The translations under genes were made by a program, and so were the position numbers. Below the pieces are notes generated by a model that had not been told where the DNA came from, did not search any database, and saw nothing but the letters and a program-made list of their open reading frames with translations. This document shows positions 54,501 to 64,000 of a stretch of DNA of 64,000 bases, piece by piece (position 1 is the first letter of the stretch; every line of letters begins with the position of its first letter). Source of the DNA: Octopus bimaculoides (Eukaryota); assembly GCF_001194135.2 (NCBI RefSeq), contig NC_068982.1, forward strand, positions 75,193,411-75,257,410, in the 5' to 3' direction.

Positions 54501-57500
54501 CACAACATCACTGATGTAACTACAGATGGAACTCCTGACTAGAGGTCAGTAGGCCAACTCCTTAACCTCACCAAATGTCTAAATAAAAAAAAATAATAAT
54601 AAAACTATCCCATTTGTAAAACATTAGGAAAGATAGACCAAACAACTCAGAGGAATGAAATGAAACAGTTACAACTAATAACACATAACAACATCAATAA
54701 TAATAATAACTCTGACACAAGGCCATAAATGGAAAGAGGTATAAACAACTTAACTGACTGGTAATTATTTCATCTACCCTAAAAGGTGCTGTAGGGCTGT
54801 GTGGTTAAAAGTTTGCTGCCCAACCACATGATTTTTGGGTTCAGTCTTCTACCAAAGCCTTGTGAGTGGATTTGGCACTTGGAAACTGAAAGAAGCCCAT
54901 TATGTATGTGTGTGTGTGTATAAGGAGGGTGCTGAAAAGTTCCTGGCTGTAAGGATAGGCCTGGTTGGAGGCCCAACCTTCCAAGTCCTTTTACAGGACT
55001 TAGAAAAATTGAAAGACCACTGCCATAAGTGTGTGAATCTGAGAGGGGAATATGTTAAAAAAATTCATAATTCACTGTATTTTCTTTTACCCAAAGCCAG
55101 GTACTTTTCAGCATCCCCTCATATATACTTTGTCTTGACATTACATGATAGTTGTAAATGAGTGTCACTGTCATACAAGCAGTGTCATTCATTTCCAATA
55201 TTCTGCAAAAACATGTCTGGCCATGGGGTAAGTTATCTTACATGCGAGGGTTGGTAATGGGCTACTTTTTGTTTCCATCAGCCAAATCCACTCACTTGCC
55301 CAAGGCTCTATGCAGTAAGACTGACCCTGAAACTAGACAGTTGGAAAATAAACATCTTAACCACACAGCCTCATCTGCACCGATGGACATGCCTGCAGCT
55401 AATTAAAGCAAACAATAAGAGAAAAAACAAGAATCTAGTATCATTCTACACCTTAGAGCCATAACAGTTGCAGAGGCTTACTCTCTCCTGTTTTAAAGTT
55501 GCAGCACAAAATTGGAACAAAAAAAAAAAGAAAGAAAGAAAGAAGAAAAAGGGTAGAAGGGTTAAATTTTAGTGACATACTTCTTTTGTAGGTTTTTTCT
55601 GTTCAAATTCCAACCTGCTAAGGAGTAATGCTTGTTGCAGATCTTTCTCATAGATATCCGTTGTAAACTGCAAAAGAAACTCAGTTTCATAATGTTCTGA
55701 AATACGACATCAAACCAAAGTCAACAAGTCCTTCCTTAATGTGTGTGGATGGTGGGAAGGAAAGAAGAGAAAGAGAGGGATAAACTTTCAACATTCTTGC
55801 ATGACTGTAATTTAAGTAAAAGGCTTTAAATAACAGCTTGCAGTAGTTTAATGAATATTTCACTTTCTTCCACAAGCAAATAATAGCAAAGTGACATGGA
55901 AGAATGTCAAAGAATGTTTTGAAAAAATGTTAAAACCTATCACCATTGTATTCATGACCATTGTTAATTACATGGAAGCAACATGCCTTCCCTCTTGCAT
56001 TACACTTCAAATTCAAGTAAAGCTTGTTCTTTATGGTTTCTTTCAAATTTAACCAACCTCTATCCTGATGTAGGTCTTTCAAATAAACATGACATAGCTT
56101 ATTAAATAAACAATCTTTACCTTGCTAATATGAAGCAGATGAATTGTATTCTTTTCCTATCACCAAACCAGGAACTTAAGTGGGTTATAATAAGCTATTT
56201 CATACTTAACCACACTTTGGTTGAGAAAAATTGGATACATCATCATCCTCACCACCATTATCATCTGATGTCTGTTTTCCATGCTCACATGGGTCAGACA
56301 GTTTGATAGAGCCTGACGAGCTGCAGAGCTGTATCAGGCTCGTGTCAACTTTCACATGGTTTCTATAGCTGGGTGTCTTTCCTAATGCCAACCACTTTAG
56401 TGTGTACTGGTGCTTTTTGCATGACATTAGCACTAGTGAGGTTATCAAGAAACTTGCAAAACAAAACATACAAAAGAAAATGGAAGAACCCTTTCAATTG
56501 AATGGGAGCATATTTGAGATGGGGTGATGGTGGCTTTGTATCAGGTGTCAAAGGGTAAAGTATGATAGAACAAGCACAGATGTCTTGTTAATAGAAATCT
56601 CATAGCATTTGTACAAATTCAGAAAATCTGGTACATCCAATTAGGATTAAGATGAAAAAAGAAAAAGAAAAAATTCCTTTTTTATGCTGCACTCTGAGGA
56701 AATTGACAAGCCCATAGTTCATAGACATTACCTCAGAACAAGATGACAAAAGAGAAATGATTAAGTTGATAGTGTAACTGGATTATCAAAGACAAAGTGA
56801 TTAAGATTACTAGATTACCAAAGAGGAAATGTTTAAGTATAAAATTAGACCATCTAAGACAAAATAGTTAACTCTTTTGTTTCCATATTTCTGTTGAAAT
56901 ACACTACCATTGTTTCAATTCATTTTGAAAATAATTAAAAAGGTTTAAATAGCCAAGATAACTAGATTACCAAACTCACAAACACTAAGGTTCAATTTTT
57001 ACAACTGATTTTATGTGACTTTAAACAAAAATATTTCATCGTCTCTACCTCAAATCCACATAGGTGAGGAGAATAAGTAACAAATTTTCATAAATAACTA
57101 CAAGAAACCAGCATCCTAGAATTGTGAATATTTACATAATATGGGGTTGGCATAATAATGTGCGACTGACAATGACTGGAAAAAAGAGAAACAGAGATCA
57201 GTCAAAACTTTGAAAGGAGTACCACACTGTTGCACTAAAAACAAGTTAAAGGAGGAGGATAAATTTATATGGGATTTAGAGGGGGCTTAGAGCAAGCCAA
57301 TTATTAACCGAGGCACTATCTTGTGGTTTTACAACTGTTTTGTCTTTCTTTATATATAAATTTATCTTCTATGTCCCCTTCAATATCAATTAAAAATAAT
57401 GAACCAAATAACATTTGAACTGAATTAAGTGGAATATAACACAATGATATTCTAACAGTAGGAAAAAGAATTCTATAACTGATACCAAATCCAATTGGAA

Positions 57501-59555
57501 ATTTTCTAAAAGAAAAAACTTAAAAACTAACCCAATGACATATCCTTCCATGGGCTAGCCCACTAACATGTAAATAGGATCTATATAGAGGCAGAATTTA
57601 CTGCTGTAAGTAACAAGAATACTGTTTATTCTGCTCAAATGCTGCTTTGGACATATTAAATGTATATAGTATACAGATATGAAATCATCATCATTGTTTA
57701 ATGTCCGTTTTCCATGCTGCTAAACAATAATGATATATATATATATATATATAAACCCCTAGAGAAAACATGTAGGTTTACCATTCTGGCTATGGAGTGT
57801 TAGATAATTTATCCCATATACTGATACATATCAATGTAATAGGTATGTGCATATATGTAAGTATATGTATGTTTGTGTGTATGCATATATGTGTGTATAT
57901 GCATATATTGCTGTATTTGACACTAATTGTGAAATTTAGGCGCACGGCTTTGTGGTTAAAAAGTTTGGCTCATAACCATGTAGTTTTAGTTTCAGTCCCA
58001 CTGCACAGCACCTCAGCCAGGTGTCATCAACTGTAATCTGAGGCTGACCAATACTTTGAGTGAACTGGTAAATGAAAACTGCAGTAAGCTTGTTGGGTGG
58101 CTGCGTGTGTGTTTCCTTGACATTTACGTGTTGATTGTAAACAGAGTTAGCTTTCATATATAGTGTTGTGCGTTTGCAATCTTCCTTGAAAACATGACCA
58201 GTGAGCAGTTCCAGTTAAAAGAAAAATAAAAGACAGGCACAAGTGTAAAAAACTTGTATTGGATGCCTTGCAGAATGTGTCTGGTACTTTGCCTTTTGAG
58301 TTCAAATCCTATCATGGCTTACTTGGGTCATAGGCTTAACCCTTTAGTATTCAGATTACTCTATCAAATGTAATGCTTACACATTCATATTGCTTTGAAT
58401 TAATCATACATTATCTTTTAGCTTTCAGATTTCAATGATGGGATTGTTTATTTTTAGAATGGCATTAATGGGTAGGTGTGAGAGACCAGATCTGGTCAGT
58501 TTGAACACAAAACAGAATATTTGGGCCTGATACGACCAGTTTGAATTCTAAACGGTTAATCCAGAGACAAGTTTAACACCACCTAGCAATTTAGTTGCCT
58601 TTAGTAGAGTCCACTCTTATACAAACGTTTAGGCCAGATCTCCAATTACAGGATGCCTCCTTCCCTTCTCCCTGTCTCAGAGTTTCTGTAAATGGTCATA
58701 GGTCCTGTCTCTTGACTAAAAGAAAAATGTTCTAAACTTGTTAAATGACTGATTTAAAAATGTTAGCACAATAATCCCAACAGATATAGTTTTCAGTTAA
58801 TACTGGGGTGCTGTTTTTGAACAGTTCATGGTTAATATCTGCCACAACTGGTGCTATCTTCACTGAAGGCCCCATGGTAGTATTTGAGCAAAGGAGCAAA
58901 TACTGACAAAGCACTCAGAAGATATCAGTGTCCTTGGTACCTACTGTGGTTAGCAGACCTTCCTTCTTTCAAGACCTAAGTGTTTAAAATTGTCTTTGGT
59001 CATATGTTACTAAATCACCCAGATATATTTGTTTATATTTAACCTTTTTGTTTCCTATTTCTGCTGAAATACACTGCCTTTGTTTTAATTAGTTTTTTAG
59101 ATAATGATGAATTTATTTAAAATTACTTTGTTATTATTAAAATGATGTTTGGAACATCAACACAAAATTTTGATGGAAGGGTTAACTTAAATCACTTCAA
59201 AACAGGAAGTTTGTATCACAGAACCAGAGTCAGTCTCAAGTGGGTTGGAATCAAAATCATTTTGCTACTTCACTGACAACAAGTGATTTCATAAAGTAAA
59301 CACATTGTATACTGTCCAATATTGTTACAGCATGAAGTGTTTTCTCAGAATATTTTGGCTATATTTTTTTAATTTTTATATTTCTTCTTTTACATTTTAC
59401 TTGTTTCAGTCATAGGACTGTGACCATGTTGAAGCTCACCTTGAATGGTTTGAAACAAACTTACCACAGTTATTCCATTTTTTTGTTTGTTGAACAAAAG
59501 TTTAAGTTATGGGAACATAAACAAACCAACACCATTTCTCAAGTGATAAGGACAA

Positions 59556-59586
<31 letters not shown>

Positions 59587-60021
59587 ATGATGGGCTTTCC
59601 AGCAATCAAATTCACTCATAAGGCATTGGTCGGTTTTGGGGCTATAGCAGAAGATGCCCAAAGTGCCATACTGTGGGTTGCAAAATGAGCTTCTTAATCA
59701 CACAGCCATGCCTGCATCTGTTATTTCTGAGGCATTAAAAAAAAAAAAAAGAACTACATAAGCTTTAGATTTAATAATAGTGACTCTGAATTTGAAGGAT
59801 TTTTGAAGACAGATCTTTCTTTTTTTAATCTTTTTAAACTTTAGTGTAAATATAAAAGAAATTTTTAAAAATTTTTCTTTTTAAAATTTGAATTAAAGTT
59901 ATTTTACCTCTTCATCATTTTTCTTCCAATCTTCCCATTGTTTCTCATTAACATTCACAGAACTGGTCTTTTGATTCTTCTTAACCTTTGGATTTGCTTT
60001 ACCAAAAGCAAGATTTTTCAG
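26078..60021 (-). CDS. GKAP1: G kinase-anchoring protein 1 homolog, 5'-partial spliced CDS: join(complement 59908-60021, 55581-55667, 53531-53654, 49941-50056, 46845-46946, 45106-45169, 41633-41703, 29926-30003, 26078-26116)
   Basis: Nine exons with AG acceptors and GT (one GC) donors join in frame to 264 aa plus TGA. The motifs [60 protein letters not shown] and [15 protein letters not shown] match vertebrate GKAP1 as recalled ([64 protein letters not shown]). No database search was run. Confidence 0.92.
27591..29764 (-). mobile_element. piggyBac DNA transposon, 2174 bp, decayed
   Basis: TTAA at 27587-27590 and 29765-29768; TIRs CCCTTTCGTTAC / GTATCGAAAGGG; internal transposase fragments. 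Confidence 0.93.
28216..29540 (-). pseudogene. Frameshifted piggyBac (DDE_Tnp_1_7-type) transposase
   Basis: Acidic N-terminus then PLDFF; [14 protein letters not shown]; YRDKRQINF; [14 protein letters not shown]...KWWRYL; split over four ORFs. Confidence 0.9.
29926..30003 (-). CDS. GKAP1: GKAP1 exon: [26 protein letters not shown]
   Basis: ctttatcttgtag|GTG ... AAA|gtgagt; 78 nt, phase 0/0. Confidence 0.92.
32030..33012 (+). mobile_element. 5'-truncated RLE non-LTR retrotransposon (second R4/Dong-like family)
   Basis: [51 protein letters not shown]...[15 protein letters not shown]; (AAT)n tail 32970-33012. Confidence 0.88.
33580..37781 (+). mobile_element. Near full-length, degraded non-LTR retrotransposon with restriction-like endonuclease (R4/Dong-like clade), antisense in a GKAP1 intron
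   Basis: N-terminal [10 protein letters not shown]; RT motifs [48 protein letters not shown]; CCHC knuckle CRVC...HVVSIC; RHD; NRPDIILKD (RLE); (TAA)n tail at 37764-37781; many frameshifts. Confidence 0.88.
33582..33995 (+). repeat. 207-bp tandem duplication at the 5' end of the R4/Dong-like element
   Basis: TACAGATCTGTTAGCCTTAA starts at 33582 and again at 33789. Confidence 0.9.
37911..39359. mobile_element. Tc1/mariner-superfamily (pogo-like) non-autonomous element with an internal gap
   Basis: TA|CCGCAAATCCTCGAGTATAGTCCACC ... GGTGGATTATACTTGAGGATTTATGG|TA: TIRs with TA TSD. Confidence 0.8.
41633..41703 (-). CDS. GKAP1: GKAP1 exon: (L)[23 protein letters not shown]
   Basis: ttttgttgtttacag|TG ... 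CAG|gtaaaa; 71 nt, phase 1/0; matches recalled [23 protein letters not shown]. Confidence 0.9.
42961..43242. repeat. ~280-bp imperfect palindrome (hairpin MITE-like)
   Basis: Left arm GGATGTTCTCTTAGAACAAACTCTACTGTGGTAGATACCATGAG...CTTGTTTATA pairs with right arm TATAAACAAG...CTCATGGTATCTACTGCAGCAAAGTTTGTTCTAACAGAATATCC; mismatches are mostly transitions. Confidence 0.9.
44370..44580 (+). mobile_element. tRNA-derived SINE family C with a Nin/Deu-like domain (also 6370-6577-, 9440-9620-, 42117-42320+, 49310-49440-)
   Basis: GAGCTGGCAGAAAC...GAGTTCAAATTCC...CTTTGCCTTTCATCCTTTCAGGGTTGATAAATTAAGTACC. Confidence 0.8.
45106..45169 (-). CDS. GKAP1: GKAP1 exon: [21 protein letters not shown](L), ending at a GC donor
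   Basis: ttatgatttcag|GCA ... GAAC|gcaagt; 64 nt, phase 0/1; only the GC donor keeps frame with the next exon. Confidence 0.85.
45755..46160 (-). mobile_element. tRNA-derived SINE family B (also 600-733-, 6165-6330+, 16740-17058-, 26218-26535+, 59395-59715-, 60290-60485-)
   Basis: tRNA-like head GGCTGTGTGGTAAG...GGTTCAGTCCCAC, then CCTTGGGCAAGTGTCTTC, an internal (TA/CA)n tract, and 3' CAGCATGGCCGCAGT...GACTGAAACAA. Confidence 0.85.
46845..46946 (-). CDS. GKAP1: GKAP1 exon: [34 protein letters not shown] (coiled coil)
   Basis: ttctatttag|CAA ... GAA|gtaagt; 102 nt, phase 0/0. Confidence 0.88.
47388..47599 (+). mobile_element. piggyBac-type MITE family 1 (also ~53839-54190, ~56870-56940, 59043-59256)
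   Basis: TTAA|CCCTTTTGTTACTATATTTCTG ... AAAAAGGG; ends resemble the termini of the 27591-29764 element. Confidence 0.75.
49941..50056 (-). CDS. GKAP1: GKAP1 exon: (G)[38 protein letters not shown]
   Basis: ttttcattattttgaag|GT ... AAA|gtaaat; 116 nt, phase 1/0. Confidence 0.82.
50120..50465 (-). mobile_element. SINE with a Meta-like domain (plus-strand copy at ~9620-9900)
   Basis: GTGTTGTGTTCTTGAGCAAG-type motif and shared 3' body in both copies. Confidence 0.6.
50825..51250 (+). mobile_element. Tigger/pogo (CENP-B/Jerky-like) transposase fragment
   Basis: YLPPNC..L..(P) followed by [31 protein letters not shown]. Confidence 0.7.
53531..53654 (-). CDS. GKAP1: GKAP1 exon: [41 protein letters not shown](G)
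   Basis: ttttgttttttccag|AAA ... TCAG|gtacag; 124 nt, phase 0/1, compatible with both neighbours; Lys-rich like the corresponding vertebrate region. Confidence 0.8.
54923..55121 (+). mobile_element. mariner internal-deletion derivative, within SINE sequence
   Basis: TIRs GAGGGTGCTGAAAAGTTCCTGGCT / AGCCAGGTACTTTTCAGCATCCCCTC with TA flanks; retains the mariner C-terminus [19 protein letters not shown]. Confidence 0.8.
55581..55667 (-). CDS. GKAP1: GKAP1 exon: [29 protein letters not shown]
   Basis: tttcttttgcag|TTT ... GAA|gtatgt; 87 nt, phase 0/0; most conserved motif. Confidence 0.93.
58340..58555 (+). mobile_element. piggyBac-type MITE family 2 (also 12673-12872 reversed, ~20770-20927, ~50700-50818, 63050-63216)
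   Basis: TTAA|CCCTTTAGTATTC ... GAATTCTAAACGG|TTAA; several dispersed copies in the window. Confidence 0.75.
59908..60021 (-). CDS. GKAP1: GKAP1 exon: [38 protein letters not shown]
   Basis: atttttcag|CTG ... GAG|gtaaaa; 114 nt, phase 0/0. Confidence 0.9.
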
Positions 60022-63000
60022 CTGAAAAATATTATGTAGAGAGTGAGAGAGAGCAGAGTCCATATTTCCAGATCCTTATTCATCTTATGTATATATAATT
60101 ATCATTTTAGCCACATTTTCCCTTTTTTACTTGGGTTGCACAGAGTTTATTATGGCAGATTTTCTACAGGTGGATGCCCATCCTGTCTCCAACCCTCACC
60201 TGTTTCCAAGCAAGGTAAGATACCTCCATGGCCAAACGTTTCTGCAGAATACTGGAAATGAATGACAGTGACAATCTACACTTATCACTCAATGCCAAGA
60301 CAAGGAGATGCAAACAATCACACATAGATAACAGATTTCTTTCCCTTCCTGTTTGCCAAATCCTTTCAAAAAGCCTGGGCTGACCAAAGCTACAGAAGAC
60401 ACTTGCCCAAGATGCCTAACAGTGGGACTGAACTCAAAACCATGTGGTTGAGAAGCAAACTTTTTAACTACACAGCCACAACTACACATATTGATAAATG
60501 TAAAGTAATTAATTTATTGGTGCAAATATGTCTACAACTATGAATTGAAACTAAGTTGGCCATTTAACTAGCCAACATATGGTACTCTTTATAAAATCCA
60601 TTCTTAGTTCTGGACTTCATCGGATTAAGTAAAGGATAAATGTGTCTCATCTTGGGTAGAATCTAAACCATTTCCGGGCAATAGCTCCAAGAGATCAGGT
60701 ACTTATTTCTAAGAGAGAGAAAAGTTATGGGACAAAAATTTAACATTGATACTTATTTTAATTACTTTAAACAGGGTTGAGCAGGGTCAGTACAGCAATA
60801 CAAAATCATTTAACAAGTCCTATCTTTTTAACTCTGTCTCTTTCTTGCTTTACTTTTCCAACTAGGGTATCCATATATCTCCTCTATAGTGAAACACCTA
60901 TCTCCATGCCTCCATTATACTTTTTAACCTCTTATCAACTGGCAGATCAATACTACTCCCCCTCCCACTCAAGGAGTCTTTGTCTGGCAAGTTACTTGGT
61001 GGCCTTGCTAGTGCTGGTGACACAGAAAGAAGCACCCAGTACACTATAAAGTGGTTGACATTAAGAAGGGCATCCAGCTGTAGAAACCAATCCAAAGCAG
61101 ACAATCAAGTTTGGCACAGAATCTCTGGCTTTCAATCTCATCAAACTATACAATCCATGCCAGCTGGAAAACATTATAAATGATGATGCTTATTTATCAT
61201 CTTATCTATGAGACTCACTTGTATGTCTGATCAACTAGCTTCCACAAATCATTTTAGGCCTACTCCTGCCAGATCATCTGTCAACACAGTATACAACATC
61301 AAAACTTAAGTCATCATCATCATTTACTGTTTTCTATGCTGGTGAGCCAGAGAACTGCACTAAGCTCTACTGTCTGCTTTGGCATGGTTTCTACGGCTAG
61401 ATACCCTTTCTGATGACAACCACTTTACTGTGTGTAATGGATGTTGTCCATTTAAGGAATTTGTACAACTGTCATTCAACCTGATCAGTTAACTCTTTGA
61501 GAACATAGATTTCATAAAGTTCATAAATTCAAAATCCTGTGATTCCCTACTCACAATAAAAACATGATAGCTTCAACCCATGTCACCAATTAGGAGACTT
61601 TCATGCACTGTTGTAATGTTCATAAGATGATCATCAGGAAAGTGAAGAATACTTAAATACACTGTACAACCTGTAATCAATATTTCTTCTTAAATCTTCT
61701 GTTATCTTGCTAAAATGGATTTCTTTTTCCCAATCAATTTGGACAGGCACCACTCCTGCTGACGATATCTCTGAATTTGCTACACGCTTTACTTCTCTCA
61801 AATTTTCCCATATCACCACTATGAACAGTTGCAATAGAAGAAGTAACTTCTTCCATTACAACCTAAATGAGAGCTTACCCGACTTGCAAGAAATAGCAGC
61901 CAAGTCTTCCTCAAATCAGCTTAAAAGAAAAGGACATATCCATCATCATCATCACATTAGATTAAATAATACATTCGTCGGTTCCCTGAATGGAAAGCTT
62001 TTATGTCTTCCTAATTAAAGCTAACCTGAGATTAACCAACAACAATTATTCCAACCTAGCAATATGTCAAATTCAAAACTGTCTTTGGCAGACAACTATA
62101 GCCAAAAATTCAGAATCTCAAAGGTGATAGAGAAACATTTATAAGCAATCACCTTCAGTCTTTATCCTCCGTGGCCACCAGAATGGTTTCTACACAACTA
62201 GATTTACTAGAGATTTGCACTCCTTTGTCAAAACCAATAGGCATTTAAAAAATGTTGTTGTCCATGATTTCCAAAGACTTCAACTAGGTTTGACATCAAA
62301 AACTCAGATCAAATCTGGTCATAGCCAAACACCAAACACAGCCACATTGCAAACTAACAGGCTCAACCAATTTCTCATGTTTTTGGATCAATGATTCCTC
62401 ATGAGATTACTTCTCTAGTAGGTCCTCTTTCCACAGTCCATCAACAGTTACTTTTAACTACACACACACACTTTTCTATATGGATAATACAATCTTTCAT
62501 TTCTTCTTAATCTTAAATGTCATCCATACACAACTTCATGCCAGATATGCACAGCTTCCATGAATAGAAATAAAAAAATTAAAAAATCCTCCTAAGGAAG
62601 TTGACAACCCATTTTCATTCAACAGTACTAAAACAATTGTCACAAATGCCAAAGAAACAGCTTTATAACTACACCTTCCCTTCACATGAACAAAAAGGAA
62701 AAAAAATTCTACTCACTACAAATGTTCAACTTAATCTCTGATAATCTCTCATGGTGACCTCATATATCTTGCTCCCTCTCTGCCTCCTCTACTCCTCCAA
62801 GGCCATCTGAATAAATTAGAATATTGAATACTCTCTACATTTACACTCGGCTCCACCTTATCTTCCCATTTCTAGTGTTTAGCTCTCATGGCTCCTTCTA
62901 CCCCATTCCTTGGTCTACATGCCTTTTGTTACTAATTACTCAGATATTGGTGCCAAGAGAAAACACTCGGTACACTGTAAAGTGGTGATTAGAAGGGTAT

Positions 63001-64000
63001 CCAGCCATAGAAACCAAATCAAATGACTCATACGTGCACCAGTCTTTAACCTTTCTGCATTCAGATTATTCTGTCAAATATAATGCTTATTTAGTCACAA
63101 TGTTTTAAAGTAATCCTGCATTATATCATAGCTTTGAGATTTCAATGATATGATTATATAAATATAAAACAGGTAGAATATTTGAGTTCAATATGGCCGG
63201 TTTAAATGCTAAGAGGTTAGGAGTACAAGCTAAAAAAGTACTTCAGTCCCAATCTGCTACAAATATGACCTCTTATTGGAGTACTGCTAACATATTTTAA
63301 ACAGCCCCTCTGCGAGACAAAAATCCTAGATTCCATCCTGGACACCTTTCTGCTGAGTGGAAAACATTTTCCTCATCAATACTGGCAATAGGAAGGGCAT
63401 TCAATTGTGGAAACCACACCAAAGTTGATAGTGGGGTATGATGTAGATTTTGGATAAGTCAGATTCAGTCAAATTGTCCAACTCATGCCAGCATGGAACA
63501 GGGATGATAAATGATGATGCTTAGATGTTTCTTCTTCACCACTGCAATGGCCTCTAAACTAGCATTAACACCTCACCTCTACTCCAGGCCACTTGCCTTG
63601 TCCATCTCATAGCACCAATTGTATATCAACCTTTGCTCAATCATCACCAATAGAACTGCAATTCACCTACCCATTCTTTCAATAAGCATTGTCCTGAAGA
63701 CTTTCAAACGAAACATCAACGGAAATGATTTCACGAGTGTGGGAGAGCCTACAAAGATATTGGGTCCTGTCCCTCTTACTCATGATGTGCTAAACAATAC
63801 ACACAGCAATCATGATATTAGTAGAACCTGTATCACCAGGATCTTCACCATGCTACTGAGCTTGCTCTTACAGACAATCAACAGAAACATGTTAACATGC
63901 CACAGACAAGGTTGGTATGTTTCCCAATGCAAAGAAGACTGAATGCATGACCATCATTAAAGATGAAAGCCATTTACCAATTTGTTCCAGTGATGGCAGA

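Noticed and set aside
60022-64000. First coding exon of GKAP1; suspected very old LINE remnants at ~61500-62700 and 63619-63942
   Set aside because: No exon resembling the GKAP1 N-terminus was found (probably outside the window); the LINE-like translations lack any diagnostic motif I could anchor

Overview
AT-rich, repeat-dense eukaryotic DNA with N gaps. The SINE families, piggyBac-type MITEs and (TA)n/(CA)n microsatellites look like coleoid cephalopod (Octopus-type) sequence; the species assignment is inference. The main gene is a minus-strand GKAP1 (G kinase-anchoring protein 1) homolog. I reconstructed nine coding exons by hand (60021->26078, 795 nt, 264 aa plus stop, phases compatible); its first coding exon(s) appear to lie right of the window. 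The model needs one non-canonical GC-AG intron (donor 45105). A probable first coding exon of a second, unidentified minus-strand gene lies at 3339-3479. The rest is mobile DNA: a 2.17-kb TTAA-flanked piggyBac in the last GKAP1 intron, two R4/Dong-like RLE non-LTR retrotransposons, CR1/L2-like and RTE LINE remnants, pogo/Tigger and mariner relics, Helentron-like elements, many tRNA-derived SINEs, and mini/microsatellites. I found no CRISPR array, rRNA or genuine tRNA gene, and I cannot support a wholly new biological system. The best leads are regulatory: a GC/GT tandem donor that could switch GKAP1 between full-length and NMD isoforms, a ~280-bp hairpin in that same intron, and a piggyBac splice acceptor placed as a potential exon trap.
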